Shown here piece by piece: positions 44,822 to 53,299 of a stretch of DNA of 64,000 nucleotides. Source of the stretch: Alphaproteobacteria bacterium (lineage in GTDB: Bacteria; Pseudomonadota; Alphaproteobacteria; CAAGCB01; CAG-977); NCBI GenBank assembly GCA_900768465.1, contig CAAGCY010000014.1, positions 83 through 64,082 on the forward strand. The letters are read 5' to 3'. The notes under the pieces are model-generated. The model was not told where the DNA came from. It searched no databases and saw only the letters and a list, made by a program, of their open reading frames with translations. The translations under genes were made by a program, and so were the position numbers. How positions within the stretch are numbered: the stretch's first letter is position 1; each line of letters begins with the position of its first letter.

Positions 44822-45370
44822 TTATTCCTCCAATCCGAAAACGCCACGCTTCATCGCGTCCAGCACTTCTTTGGACAATCCGTTCTTTTTGCCTGTCGCA
44901 ACCACGGCTTTGACCGCGTCCTGCTTGGCTTGCTCCGCGGCTTCCTTGCGAATACGTAGTTCCATGTCCGCCGACATTTTGTTCGCGCTGGACAGTTCCT
45001 TGATTGCTTTCGCCATAAACATCAAATCGGCGGGTTCGACGGTCGGCTCTTCGTCTGATACGCGCGGCAGCAGGACGTTGAAAATCACCGTCCGCAACAT
45101 TTCTGTAATCTGCCGCCCGACCTCATCGTTTTTGAAATCCCCCAGCTCTTTAGCAAAAGCCGTCGAGATTTCACGCGCCTCGCGCATTTTGCGGGACACG
45201 TCCTCAAACCGCTGCGAATAACGCCCGACGGCGGAACGCGACACGGTCACGCCCAGTTTTTGCAAGTGCACCACAATCTCGTCAATCGTTGTCCGACCGT
45301 CGGACAGCAGGCGGTCGATTTCCGTTTTAATCGGCGGCGGCAACTGTTTAATGCTGGATTTACGCGGCAT
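44822..45370 (-). CDS. Mu gp27-like small terminase/DNA-binding protein (DUF3486-like)
   Basis: 182 aa; MPRKSSIKQLPPPIKTEIDRLLSDGRTTIDEIVVHLQKLGVTVSRSAVGRY. Confidence 0.7.
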   Translation of the reverse strand: MPRKSSIKQLPPPIKTEIDRLLSDGRTTIDEIVVHLQKLGVTVSRSAVGRYSQRFEDVSRKMREAREISTAFAKELGDFKNDEVGRQITEMLRTVIFNVLLPRVSDEEPTVEPADLMFMAKAIKELSSANKMSADMELRIRKEAAEQAKQDAVKAVVATGKKNGLSKEVLDAMKRGVFGLEE

Positions 45371-45380
45371 TGAAGACTCC

Positions 45381-45674
45381 TTAAACGGGACGCGGACGCT
45401 TGACGCCCGGAACGCGGGCGCGCCCTTCCGCCACGTCCAAGCCGCGACCTGTCAATTTGACGACCGTAACCGTGCGGTAATGTTCGATTTCGACCAATCC
45501 CTGTTCGGCAAGCCAGCTGACTTCCGTTTCCAGTTTGTCCCGCGAAATGTCCAATCCGATCGCCGTCAGTCCGTCCTGCAAAATCGACGTGTTTTGCGTG
45601 TAGTCGTTGTCGTCCCTTAAAAATTTCAAAACAGCCAAACGCTGATTTTCCGTAATCAACTGCTGATATTCCAT
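45381..45674 (-). CDS. hypothetical protein (possible winged-helix)
   Basis: 97 aa, late operon. Confidence 0.4.
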   Translation of the reverse strand: MEYQQLITENQRLAVLKFLRDDNDYTQNTSILQDGLTAIGLDISRDKLETEVSWLAEQGLVEIEHYRTVTVVKLTGRGLDVAEGRARVPGVKRPRPV

Positions 45675-45988
45675 TACTTGCGCCCTCCGTTCAGCAGATA
45701 TTCCTCTTGCCGCTGCAAAATGGCTTCCGTGCGCGTTAAAACGCTGTCAATGCGTTTCATTTCGCCCGTCAGCCGCTCCACTTGAATGCTGATTTTGTGA
45801 ATGTCCTCTTTGCTGGCGACGCTTTTGTAGCCCTGTTCCAAAACGTCCAGCCGCTTTTCGATTTTGTTCAGATCGTCTTTCAGCGCGTAGGTCTTCGCCG
45901 CCGTGAACTTCACCCAGCCGAAGAAAAATCCCGCCACGCCGACGATAACGCCCCAGTATTCCGTGATTAAACCGATAAAACCCGCCAT
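45674..45988 (-). CDS. membrane/coiled-coil protein (DUF2730-like)
   Basis: 104 aa from ATG 45986-45988; TM GVIVGVAGFFFGW, then a coiled coil. Confidence 0.4.
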   Translation of the reverse strand: MAGFIGLITEYWGVIVGVAGFFFGWVKFTAAKTYALKDDLNKIEKRLDVLEQGYKSVASKEDIHKISIQVERLTGEMKRIDSVLTRTEAILQRQEEYLLNGGRK

Positions 45989-46188
45989 CAGACGCGCTCC
46001 CGTTCCGACTGGCAATCAACGCACAGACGGCACCCCGGAACCGCCTGACGGCGGGCGAGAGGAATCGGCGCACCGCATTCGGCGCAAAATTTCAATGATG
46101 TGTCAACACGAACCGATTTCAGACGCTCCGTCGCTTCGGCGTTCAACGATTCCTGTTCGGCTTGCGCCATGTCCGCAAAGTCAGCCAT
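45988..46188 (-). CDS. TraR/DksA family zinc-finger protein
   Basis: 66 aa; CAECGAPIP...CRLCVDCQ four-Cys finger; SD CAGGAGGAAG. Confidence 0.7.
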   Translation of the reverse strand: MADFADMAQAEQESLNAEATERLKSVRVDTSLKFCAECGAPIPLARRQAVPGCRLCVDCQSERERV

Positions 46189-46210
46189 TCTTCCTCCTGT
46201 TCAAACAACA

Positions 46211-46240
46211 TAAAAAAAGAATGGCAGAATCTGCCATTCT
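46211..46240 (-). terminator. intrinsic terminator downstream of the GHKL moron
   Basis: Perfect 10-bp stem AGAATGGCAG-ATT-CTGCCATTCT followed by T7 on the minus strand. Confidence 0.7.
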
Positions 46241-46268
46241 TCAAAATCGTGCCATTTGTCAGGGGGGA
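46234..46268 (-). promoter_or_regulatory. 35-bp repeated box (copy 2), candidate activator-dependent late promoter for the first late operon
   Basis: Minus strand TCCCCCCTGACAAATGGCACGATTTTGAAGAATGG; same register as copy 1 (TTTTGA, 17 bp, CATTCT). Confidence 0.45.
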
Positions 46269-46276
46269 TAACAAAC

Positions 46277-48190
46277 TTATTGTTTGATTTTTCCTCTCAT
46301 AATATCAAGGAATAGTTTGTTTCGTTTTTCCGCTTCCAATGCAACTGCTCCGGAATCGATAAAATACACATGGGCGTTTATTTCATTAAAATATCTGTAA
46401 AAAATCTTATATGCGCCCTCTGTTGAAAAAAGGCACCTAAAATCACTTGTTTTTAATCTATATGCCAATTTTTCATCAATTTTTGTTATAGCATATCCCC
46501 AAATGGTGTCTATTTCATTGAAATTTTCTCTAACTATTCCTAAATTCTCTGTAATTTCCCAAATAGCTTTTGCTTTTTCAGAATCGTCCGCATAGTTCCC
46601 CTTAAATTCTACAACAACAGCATCTTTTTGATTTAAATCATCATGAGAAAAGAATAGTGTCAGGTCTGGTCTATCTTTCGGTCTAAAAACATTTTCTTTT
46701 TGGGATTTTTCACAAATTTCTTTTATTGTTTTATCGCTTGCTATATAAAAACAACTCATAAATTTATCGTCTAATATCCATAGGTTATGGCTGTACGGAA
46801 CTGATTCATCATTGTTTTTTGAAATCGTTTCTCTCATAGGCATAAAAAGCGTGTGCATATGCTTTTCAAGCTTATTTTCGTCCGCAACACAATCCTTTAA
46901 ACCTTGAATAATTTGCTGTCTAAAAGCAAAGTATTCCGCCAATTCTCGTGCAGATAAATCCGTTATTTCGGAAACAACTTTGTTATATTCAGTGTCATCT
47001 ATATCTGCTTTTTTTAATATCTCAGAAAAACGGTCTTTTGCGCTTTTTTTATCATCTTTAAAAGCTTTTTCCGCATTTTTGATGATGTCGTTTGCAGGAA
47101 CAAAGGTGTTTTCCTGTTCATTTATGTATTTACTCAGATAAGGATATTCTTCTAAACACTTTCCTACAACATCTTTTTCTGTTTGTTCTAAAACTGGATA
47201 TTTTTGAAAGATAATCGGCGTAGCTTCACCTTTTACGGAAGAACAAATTGCATCTAATGTAATCGGTGAGTTCAAATCTTCTTCTTTTGAAAAATCAAAT
47301 TCATTTCGTTCTGGATTACAATGTTTATCCAAATAAGAAGATGTTAAAAACATAAAAACTTCTTCATTTGCTGGGATGCGAACTGCAAATCCAAAATTTT
47401 TAACAGCTCTATTGTCGGCGCACAAATACCCTTTGAATTCGCCCTTAGTTGCCGGATTAAAAGAATAATACAAATCAAAATCCGCATCAAATTTTTGTGT
47501 TTTTGATACGATTTTAAACTTTTTTTCTTCAAAGTCTGGAACGGACAATGGCGATAAAACACGGATATTATCTCCCTCTTGAATTTTAATTAGAAAATTT
47601 TTTCCCTCTTTTTTCATAAAAAATAGTTTTGATAAAATTTCGGCTTTCAATACCTCAGCAACATTAGCTACATCGGCATTAGAACGTTTATCGATTTTTT
47701 TTGTGTAATAATCGTCAGTTACAGATGAAAAAGTGATTTTTGTCCCTGTCGCCAATGCACCATCTTTTTCATCTTTTTTAATATCTTCCACTTTGAAATC
47801 AGGCTTGAATACAAAAGAAAGTTTTTTATCTTTTGTAAAACTTTCAATTGATATGTTTTGAAATACTTTCAACCATGTTAAACGTCCAACCCCTTTGCAA
47901 CCGATATTTTTCTTGTATGATGATAAATATGTATCAAATGATTTTAGATTTTCTTCTGTAAAACCATCGCCATTGTCTTCAATTACAAATCCATCTATTT
48001 TTTTTACGACTTCTTTTTCTGTCGTTCCATTTTCACCCTTCAGCTGAAGTGCTGGCACAATGGAAGGGAGTAATGTAACTGTTATCTCTGTTGCATTAGC
48101 TTCCAATGAGTTGCAAACCGCTTCAATTAGCGGCTGAAGAAACTTAACAGGTTTCAAACTCTTAACAGCGGCAGACAAGTTGACTTGCAT
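46277..48190 (-). CDS. AT-rich moron: GHKL (Bergerat-fold) ATPase with C-terminal PD-(D/E)xK-like nuclease motif
   Basis: 637 aa. N-box EAVCNSLEAN, G1 IEDNGDGF, G2 GCKGVGRL in the first about 105 aa; DRPDLTLF...VVVEFKG (D509-x18-E528-x-K530) near the C-terminus. Strongly AT-rich relative to its flanks. Confidence 0.6.
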   Translation of the reverse strand: MQVNLSAAVKSLKPVKFLQPLIEAVCNSLEANATEITVTLLPSIVPALQLKGENGTTEKEVVKKIDGFVIEDNGDGFTEENLKSFDTYLSSYKKNIGCKGVGRLTWLKVFQNISIESFTKDKKLSFVFKPDFKVEDIKKDEKDGALATGTKITFSSVTDDYYTKKIDKRSNADVANVAEVLKAEILSKLFFMKKEGKNFLIKIQEGDNIRVLSPLSVPDFEEKKFKIVSKTQKFDADFDLYYSFNPATKGEFKGYLCADNRAVKNFGFAVRIPANEEVFMFLTSSYLDKHCNPERNEFDFSKEEDLNSPITLDAICSSVKGEATPIIFQKYPVLEQTEKDVVGKCLEEYPYLSKYINEQENTFVPANDIIKNAEKAFKDDKKSAKDRFSEILKKADIDDTEYNKVVSEITDLSARELAEYFAFRQQIIQGLKDCVADENKLEKHMHTLFMPMRETISKNNDESVPYSHNLWILDDKFMSCFYIASDKTIKEICEKSQKENVFRPKDRPDLTLFFSHDDLNQKDAVVVEFKGNYADDSEKAKAIWEITENLGIVRENFNEIDTIWGYAITKIDEKLAYRLKTSDFRCLFSTEGAYKIFYRYFNEINAHVYFIDSGAVALEAEKRNKLFLDIMRGKIKQ

Positions 48191-48257
48191 AGGATTGTCC
48201 TTTCCAAAGGGGAGTTTATCTTAGAAAAAAAAATCCTGTTTGTATAGCCCCAATTGC

Positions 48258-48650
48258 TTAAAACAATTCACCTTGTTCCGTAATGCTTTTGTTTCCGGCG
48301 GTTTCGCCAGATTTGTGGCGGCGGACAGTGCGTATCGTAACGCCCGCCAGACGGGCGGCTTTGGCGGCGGAATGACCGTCTTTGATGGCTTGGCGGATAA
48401 TTCGCCAGACACGCCCACGGTTGCCGCCGAACGGGCCCAAAGGAATCTCGATTTCGTTGCCGCCGAACTGTTTGGCGATTTTAACGGCATCGTCCATGCC
48501 GATGGCAGCGCACAGCCAATGTTCGGGCTTCAAGTTGCGCGGCTGGGGGATATAAGCGACCGAACCGCCTTTGACCGCCGCGATTTTCACGGCGGCGGCA
48601 AAGCCCGCGATTTCCTCAAATTCCCCCAGAACTCCGGTCAACTGCGCCAT
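48258..48650 (-). CDS. mor: Mor family transcriptional activator
   Basis: 130 aa; C-terminal HTH ...AAKAARLAGVTIRTVRRH; follows gemA as in Mu. Confidence 0.75.
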   Translation of the reverse strand: MAQLTGVLGEFEEIAGFAAAVKIAAVKGGSVAYIPQPRNLKPEHWLCAAIGMDDAVKIAKQFGGNEIEIPLGPFGGNRGRVWRIIRQAIKDGHSAAKAARLAGVTIRTVRRHKSGETAGNKSITEQGELF

Positions 48651-48651
48651 C

Positions 48652-49068
48652 TCAGCCCTCGATTCTTTTGAGCCATTGTTTCAGAATTTCAATGATTTTG
48701 ATTTGCTGATCGGGCAAGAGCCATTCGGTCGCGTCCACGCCCGTGTATTTTTTGCAAAACGCGTCCAGCGCGGTTTTGTCGGCGGACTGCACCGCGCCCG
48801 CCGCCTGCAATTCGCCCCACAGGGCGTAGATTTTCTTGACCGCGCTCTGTTTGGTCTGCCGGAACGCCTTTTTGCGCGGGGATTTGAAGCCCAACGCCTT
48901 AAATTCGTTCAGCAGAGCGACCAGTTGCGCGGGGCGGCATTTCGCCGCGCTGTCCTTGCCCGTTATGCGGCGGACGATGTCGCGGTACATATCGTCGTCC
49001 AAGCCCAGTTGCGCTTTGGCGATGTGGATTTTTGCAAGCAAAGGATTCTTGTTCGCGGGCATAGACAT
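48652..49068 (-). CDS. gemA: GemA-like regulatory protein (Mu gp16, DUF1018-like)
   Basis: 138 aa; LLAKIHIAKAQLGLDDDMYRDIV...LVALLNEFKALGF. Confidence 0.75.
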   Translation of the reverse strand: MSMPANKNPLLAKIHIAKAQLGLDDDMYRDIVRRITGKDSAAKCRPAQLVALLNEFKALGFKSPRKKAFRQTKQSAVKKIYALWGELQAAGAVQSADKTALDAFCKKYTGVDATEWLLPDQQIKIIEILKQWLKRIEG

Positions 49069-49073
49069 CTCCT

Positions 49074-49256
49074 TTAAAACAGGGTGGGTTCGGATTTTTC
49101 GTTCAGCGTGTTCAGAACGGCAACCATTGCGGCCAATTCGTCATCGGCTTGCTTTTGCGTCATCTTTCCCTTTTGCACAAGGTTGGGATATGTACGTTTC
49201 CGCAGAGTGATTTCCCGTTCAACGCACTTGATCTGCACCGTCATCGACACCGTCAT
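49074..49256 (-). CDS. hypothetical early protein
   Basis: 60 aa ORF in the early operon; overlaps its neighbour by 4 nt. Confidence 0.35.
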   Translation of the reverse strand: MTVSMTVQIKCVEREITLRKRTYPNLVQKGKMTQKQADDELAAMVAVLNTLNEKSEPTLF

Positions 49257-49774
49257 TTCGCACCGCCTTTCATGGCGTTGTAGTAGTCCTCGGCTGTTTT
49301 ATAAACGCCGTACAAAGGCATTTCTTTCTGTTCGCCGCTGATGTCGAAAAACTCCATCAAAGCTGATAAAAACGCTTCCAATTTCGGAGCTCTGCAAACG
49401 GTTTCGACAAACGTGTGCGCTTTCGGACTGTAATGATAATAATTTTTCCGCAGATGCTCTTCCGCGTCGCTTTCCGTCAGAAACAACCCGCGCCGGAAGC
49501 TTTTTGTCTCCTTAAAGCCGTAAACGATGTCCGGCAGACTTTCAAACTCTTCCAAGCTTATCTTTTCGTATTCTTTGCGGTAATCGAGGTAGCTCAACAT
49601 CGTCCCGTCATCAGGCTGATACAGGTACGGATCGCCGGAACGGTCGGGAACAAACTCGGTATAATAGTCCATGATCGTAAAATAAATCGGAGCGCGGTTG
49701 CCTCTGCGATACTGTGTTCGGTATTCCGTCAAAAATTCTTTGATGATTTTCAGATTTTGCACATCATCAGCCAT
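49253..49774 (-). CDS. hypothetical early protein
   Basis: 173 aa from ATG 49772-49774 with strong SD GAGGAGG. Confidence 0.45.
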   Translation of the reverse strand: MADDVQNLKIIKEFLTEYRTQYRRGNRAPIYFTIMDYYTEFVPDRSGDPYLYQPDDGTMLSYLDYRKEYEKISLEEFESLPDIVYGFKETKSFRRGLFLTESDAEEHLRKNYYHYSPKAHTFVETVCRAPKLEAFLSALMEFFDISGEQKEMPLYGVYKTAEDYYNAMKGGAK

Positions 49775-49838
49775 AAGAACCTCCTCTTTTTGGTTTATCG
49801 CTTGGGCGGGACGCGCCGCCCAAGACATAAGCCAAAAA

Positions 49839-50093
49839 TCACGCCTGACCGACGGCTTGGCAAAAGGCTTTCAGCTGTTCCGCCGTTTCAAAATGCCATC
49901 TCCACCCGCCATAGACGGTGGAAAAGCGGTCGTCGAAACTGCCGTTTTCGCGGTCGTACCAGCTGTTTTCCGTTTCAAAGTCGTCAAACGGATAAAAGCA
50001 CGTCCGAAAGCACCCGATTTTCGCGGCGTCCGGCGCGGTCAGTCCGTTTTTCAGCATTTTGTCCGCCAGTTTTTTGATTTCTTCTTTTGCCAT
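49839..50093 (-). CDS. hypothetical early protein
   Basis: 84 aa from ATG 50091-50093. Confidence 0.35.
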   Translation of the reverse strand: MAKEEIKKLADKMLKNGLTAPDAAKIGCFRTCFYPFDDFETENSWYDRENGSFDDRFSTVYGGWRWHFETAEQLKAFCQAVGQA

Positions 50094-50374
50094 TTCACCC
50101 GTTCTCCAAGTTTGATGTCCCAAACGTCAGCAAGACGCAAATCGTTCGGAATGTTGTGTTCGCGCGTCAAAGCGTCGATTTTGAAAATCATCACTTCCGC
50201 GCCTTTGCCGTACGCGCGGCGCAACGCGACGTGCGTATAACGCTTGCCCGTCAGCCGTTTGTTCCAATACTCCCGCGCTTCGCGGTATTCGTGCGTTTTG
50301 CGTCCGCTCTTGATTTCGTCGAACCAATGTTCCGTCAAAATCAAAAACAAAACGCGGTCGGTCGCTTTGTCCAT
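50051..50374 (-). CDS. ASCH-like domain protein
   Basis: 107 aa; LTEHWFDEIKSGRKTHEYRE pattern. Confidence 0.4.
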   Translation of the reverse strand: MDKATDRVLFLILTEHWFDEIKSGRKTHEYREAREYWNKRLTGKRYTHVALRRAYGKGAEVMIFKIDALTREHNIPNDLRLADVWDIKLGERVKWQKKKSKNWRTKC

Positions 50375-50440
50375 GGTTTGCTCCTTTCGATTTTCCTTGT
50401 GTCCGGGGCGGCGGAAAACCGCCCCGCCCATAAAGAAAAT

Positions 50441-50596
50441 TCAGTCCAGTCCCGCTTTGGCGCGCAGTTCCTCGGTAGTCTGAACGACTTTGTCAACCGC
50501 CGCTTTGTGGGCATGATCAACATAGACCGAATACCCCATCACGCCGAACCACCCGCAAATCGCAAGAAGCGTCAATGCATCAATCGCTTTTTTCAT
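50441..50596 (-). CDS. small membrane protein (51 aa); not in the ORF track
   Basis: MKKAIDALTLLAICGWFGVMGYSVYV...; SD AAGGGGG 5 nt upstream. Confidence 0.4.
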   Translation of the reverse strand: MKKAIDALTLLAICGWFGVMGYSVYVDHAHKAAVDKVVQTTEELRAKAGLD

Positions 50597-50605
50597 GCCG
50601 CCCCC

Positions 50606-51238
50606 TTACGCTTTCGCCAAATCGACCGTGACCGCCTGCCATTGCTGTTCCGGCGTGTCGCGTTTGTAAAAGCGGTAATACAGTTTGGAACCGTCCACGC
50701 GAATGCTGTCCGTAATCGCTTGCATCGCGGTCTGCCACTTTTCCTCTTGAATGTCCAAGCGGCGCAGTCCCAGCAAAGCCGAACGGTTGATTTTGCCCTC
50801 TTTGTCCACTTGAAACGCGTTGTTGACAAGGACGCGAATCTTGTCGTTCGCGCCGTCCGACCATTCGTTGATGCACTCGTCGATCAAGCCCTTTGCCGTC
50901 TGCAATTCCGCGCCGAAGACGATGTTTTCGGAAATCGCGACCTTGACCATTTTCGTGCCGGCATAGTTCTGAAACGTCATATTGCCTTTGTTGCCGCCGC
51001 GTTTCAGTCCGTACTTTTCGTCGATTAGGGACAAAAACGAAGAAACGTCGTCGCCCGTGTGTCCTTTGAAACGCCCGATTTGCGCGTTCAACGCCTCGGC
51101 GTACCCGATGATTTTTTCGACCATCTGGTCTTCCAGTTTTTCTTCGGGACGCACCAGATTGTCGGGGACAAGGTAGCCTTTCGCGTTCTTGTAATACCCC
51201 GCGGGGATTGCCGTGTTGTTTTCCGTGATTTCACTCAT
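50606..51238 (-). CDS. DUF3164-like Mu-type early protein
   Basis: 210 aa from ATG 51236-51238; MSEITENNTAIPAGYYKNAKGYLVP... pattern seen in Mu-like prophages. Confidence 0.55.
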   Translation of the reverse strand: MSEITENNTAIPAGYYKNAKGYLVPDNLVRPEEKLEDQMVEKIIGYAEALNAQIGRFKGHTGDDVSSFLSLIDEKYGLKRGGNKGNMTFQNYAGTKMVKVAISENIVFGAELQTAKGLIDECINEWSDGANDKIRVLVNNAFQVDKEGKINRSALLGLRRLDIQEEKWQTAMQAITDSIRVDGSKLYYRFYKRDTPEQQWQAVTVDLAKA

Positions 51239-51313
51239 TTGTTTTTCCTTTCGTTCAAGTGGTTGAAACGCTCCCGTGCGGGACGTTTGTGGGTCAGTAA
51301 AAAAAGCCAATAT

Positions 51314-51607
51314 CTAAGCTGCTGTCGGATCATCGTCATTGTCGTTGTCCTGTTTGATTGCCGTCCCCGGCACAACGCCCAGATGGCGCAAGCGAACGGC
51401 AATGGCGACTGTTTCTTTGGAAACTCCGGCTTTTTGTGCCAAAGCGTCCTCTAAAACGGCGACTTCGTTTTTGATGCGGATCAGTTTTTTGATTTCCCGA
51501 TCCATAATTGACGGCGGGATTTGACCGACGGGTTCCTGTCCGTATTCGCGGGTCAAAGCCGAAACCACGCCGAAAATCTGCTGGGATAAAGCGGTATTCA
51601 ACTGCAT
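51314..51607 (-). CDS. hypothetical early protein
   Basis: 97 aa from ATG 51605-51607. Confidence 0.35.
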   Translation of the reverse strand: MQLNTALSQQIFGVVSALTREYGQEPVGQIPPSIMDREIKKLIRIKNEVAVLEDALAQKAGVSKETVAIAVRLRHLGVVPGTAIKQDNDNDDDPTAA

Positions 51608-51608
51608 T

Positions 51609-51926
51609 TCAATCTCCTGTTTTAAAGTGGGGGCAACCATTGCGGCAAGCTTTGTAAAGCGCGATGCGTTGCGGGTTGACGGCTGAAAATTTCATGCGCC
51701 GGTAGCTGACGCATTTATCAACGGACATTTCGCCCATAACGGGACAAATCAGGGACGCGTTTAAAAAACAGCCTTTAAACTTGCGTTCAACGGTCTTTAA
51801 ATCGCCCGCGTATTTGCCCTTTAAAACCAAGCTGATTGTTGCAGCGGAATAGCCCAGTTCTTTGGCGACCTTGGCTTGCGACGACTTGGCGCATTTGGCT
51901 TTCAAAGCATCAATCCAATCAGTCAT
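51609..51926 (-). CDS. HTH DNA-binding early protein
   Basis: 105 aa; SQAKVAKELGYSAATISLVLKGKY HTH plus Cys-rich C-terminal part. Confidence 0.5.
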   Translation of the reverse strand: MTDWIDALKAKCAKSSQAKVAKELGYSAATISLVLKGKYAGDLKTVERKFKGCFLNASLICPVMGEMSVDKCVSYRRMKFSAVNPQRIALYKACRNGCPHFKTGD

Positions 51927-52506
51927 CTTTCGCCTCCTGCTGCCAAACGATGCGCTGCAAGTTCGGGTCGAACACGGTTTTCAGACGTTGAATCATCGGC
52001 GCGCGCGGTCCCGTAAAGCGGGCAGCGATAAACGCGTAGCGTCCTTTGTCCACCCGCCGCAAATATCCCGCGTGGCACAGCGCGATCACATAGGTTTTGA
52101 CCGTCCACATAGCCAACGGAGTTTCTTCCGTCGATGCCGCCGCCACCAAATCCAGATAGCTGAAATCACGCAGCATACGCATCGCCCGCCACATCTGCTG
52201 CGTCCCGTTTCCCGACGTTGACAGCTCCCCTTGGGGATTGACGTTCGGGGCGTTCACACCGACATCTTTGGACAATTTGAAAACCGTCGGCGTTTTTGTA
52301 TTGCCTTCCGACGCTTTGATGACGTATCCGCCTTTGACGAGGGCACGGAGGTATGTTCTGAGCGTTTCCCGCTTCAAATCGCAGAAACTGTTCGCCAGAC
52401 CCGTCAATGTAAATCCGTCCTTGTGGGCGCGAATAGCCTCCCACATCGCTTGGCGACCGCTGGGATTTTTGGCTTTCATGCGCAAGTGTATCGGTTTGTT
52501 CGCCAT
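51919..52506 (-). CDS. hypothetical early protein (two winged-helix-like repeats)
   Basis: 195 aa from ATG 52504-52506, overlapping the B stop (ATGA). Confidence 0.4.
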   Translation of the reverse strand: MANKPIHLRMKAKNPSGRQAMWEAIRAHKDGFTLTGLANSFCDLKRETLRTYLRALVKGGYVIKASEGNTKTPTVFKLSKDVGVNAPNVNPQGELSTSGNGTQQMWRAMRMLRDFSYLDLVAAASTEETPLAMWTVKTYVIALCHAGYLRRVDKGRYAFIAARFTGPRAPMIQRLKTVFDPNLQRIVWQQEAKDD

Positions 52507-53249
52507 CACAGCCCCGCTTTCCGCGCCATCGGCGGCACGCCCGTGAAGAAATCGCGCTGATAATCGCCCGCGCAAACCGATTTCAAACCCTTTGTCACCG
52601 CAAATTCGCGCACGCGGTCAAGGTTGACGCAGACGCGGCGCACGGAACCCGCGCTTTCTTTCAGGATTTTTTCGCACAAGTCCTGTTCGACGGCGATACC
52701 GTTCGCATAAAGCTTCGTCAAATGCTTGACGTCTTCTATCGAAGCGGGCTGCGCCGCCACCCAATCCAGCATACGCCCGTGGACACGTTCCCATTTTTGC
52801 AGCTTGGCGGGCATGGCTTCTTCGCCGATTAAAATGATTGTGGCCTGCGAACTTTCATAGATGTCGCGCACGACCTCAACCATGCGTTTTTGAACCAGAT
52901 AATCGGCTTCGTCGATGATCAGCGGACGCTGGGACAGCGACAGCTCTTCGCCGATCTGATCCATCATGTCGGGAATCGTATAGGCGGGCTGAATGCCCAT
53001 TTCACCCAGAATGGACGTGCAGAGCTTTTTCGGCGTCCATACGCTTTTGACTTGGACGTGATAAGCTTTGTGCTTGTTCGCCGCATAAATCGCCGCGAAC
53101 GTCTTGCCGTATCCGGAAAAACCGTAAAAAGTCGCCATGCCGGGCAGACCGTAATCGCGGTTTTTGACCCGATACACCAGTTCGTTCAGCAACGCGACGT
53201 TGCGCAGCGGAGCGATTGTGTTCTTGACAGTATCATTCATTCGTGTCAT
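52506..53249 (-). CDS. MuB-like AAA+ DNA transposition ATPase
   Basis: 247 aa; Walker A GFSGYGKT, Walker B LIIDEADYL; follows the transposase. Confidence 0.85.
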   Translation of the reverse strand: MTRMNDTVKNTIAPLRNVALLNELVYRVKNRDYGLPGMATFYGFSGYGKTFAAIYAANKHKAYHVQVKSVWTPKKLCTSILGEMGIQPAYTIPDMMDQIGEELSLSQRPLIIDEADYLVQKRMVEVVRDIYESSQATIILIGEEAMPAKLQKWERVHGRMLDWVAAQPASIEDVKHLTKLYANGIAVEQDLCEKILKESAGSVRRVCVNLDRVREFAVTKGLKSVCAGDYQRDFFTGVPPMARKAGL

Positions 53250-53299
53250 TCTCCTTTTGTTTTGTTATGGGCGGTTTCCTTTGACGGAAGCCGCTTTTT

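Noticed and set aside
48191-48257. Promoter for the GHKL moron (TATACA, 17 bp, TAAGAT on the minus strand).
   Set aside because: Each hexamer matches consensus at only 4/6. It is too weak to call from sequence alone, and the gene may instead be read through from mor.
50405-50427. GGGGCGG-N8-CCGCCCC inverted repeat between two early genes.
   Set aside because: No U-run follows on the transcribed strand. It is probably just a GC-rich hairpin without a clear function.
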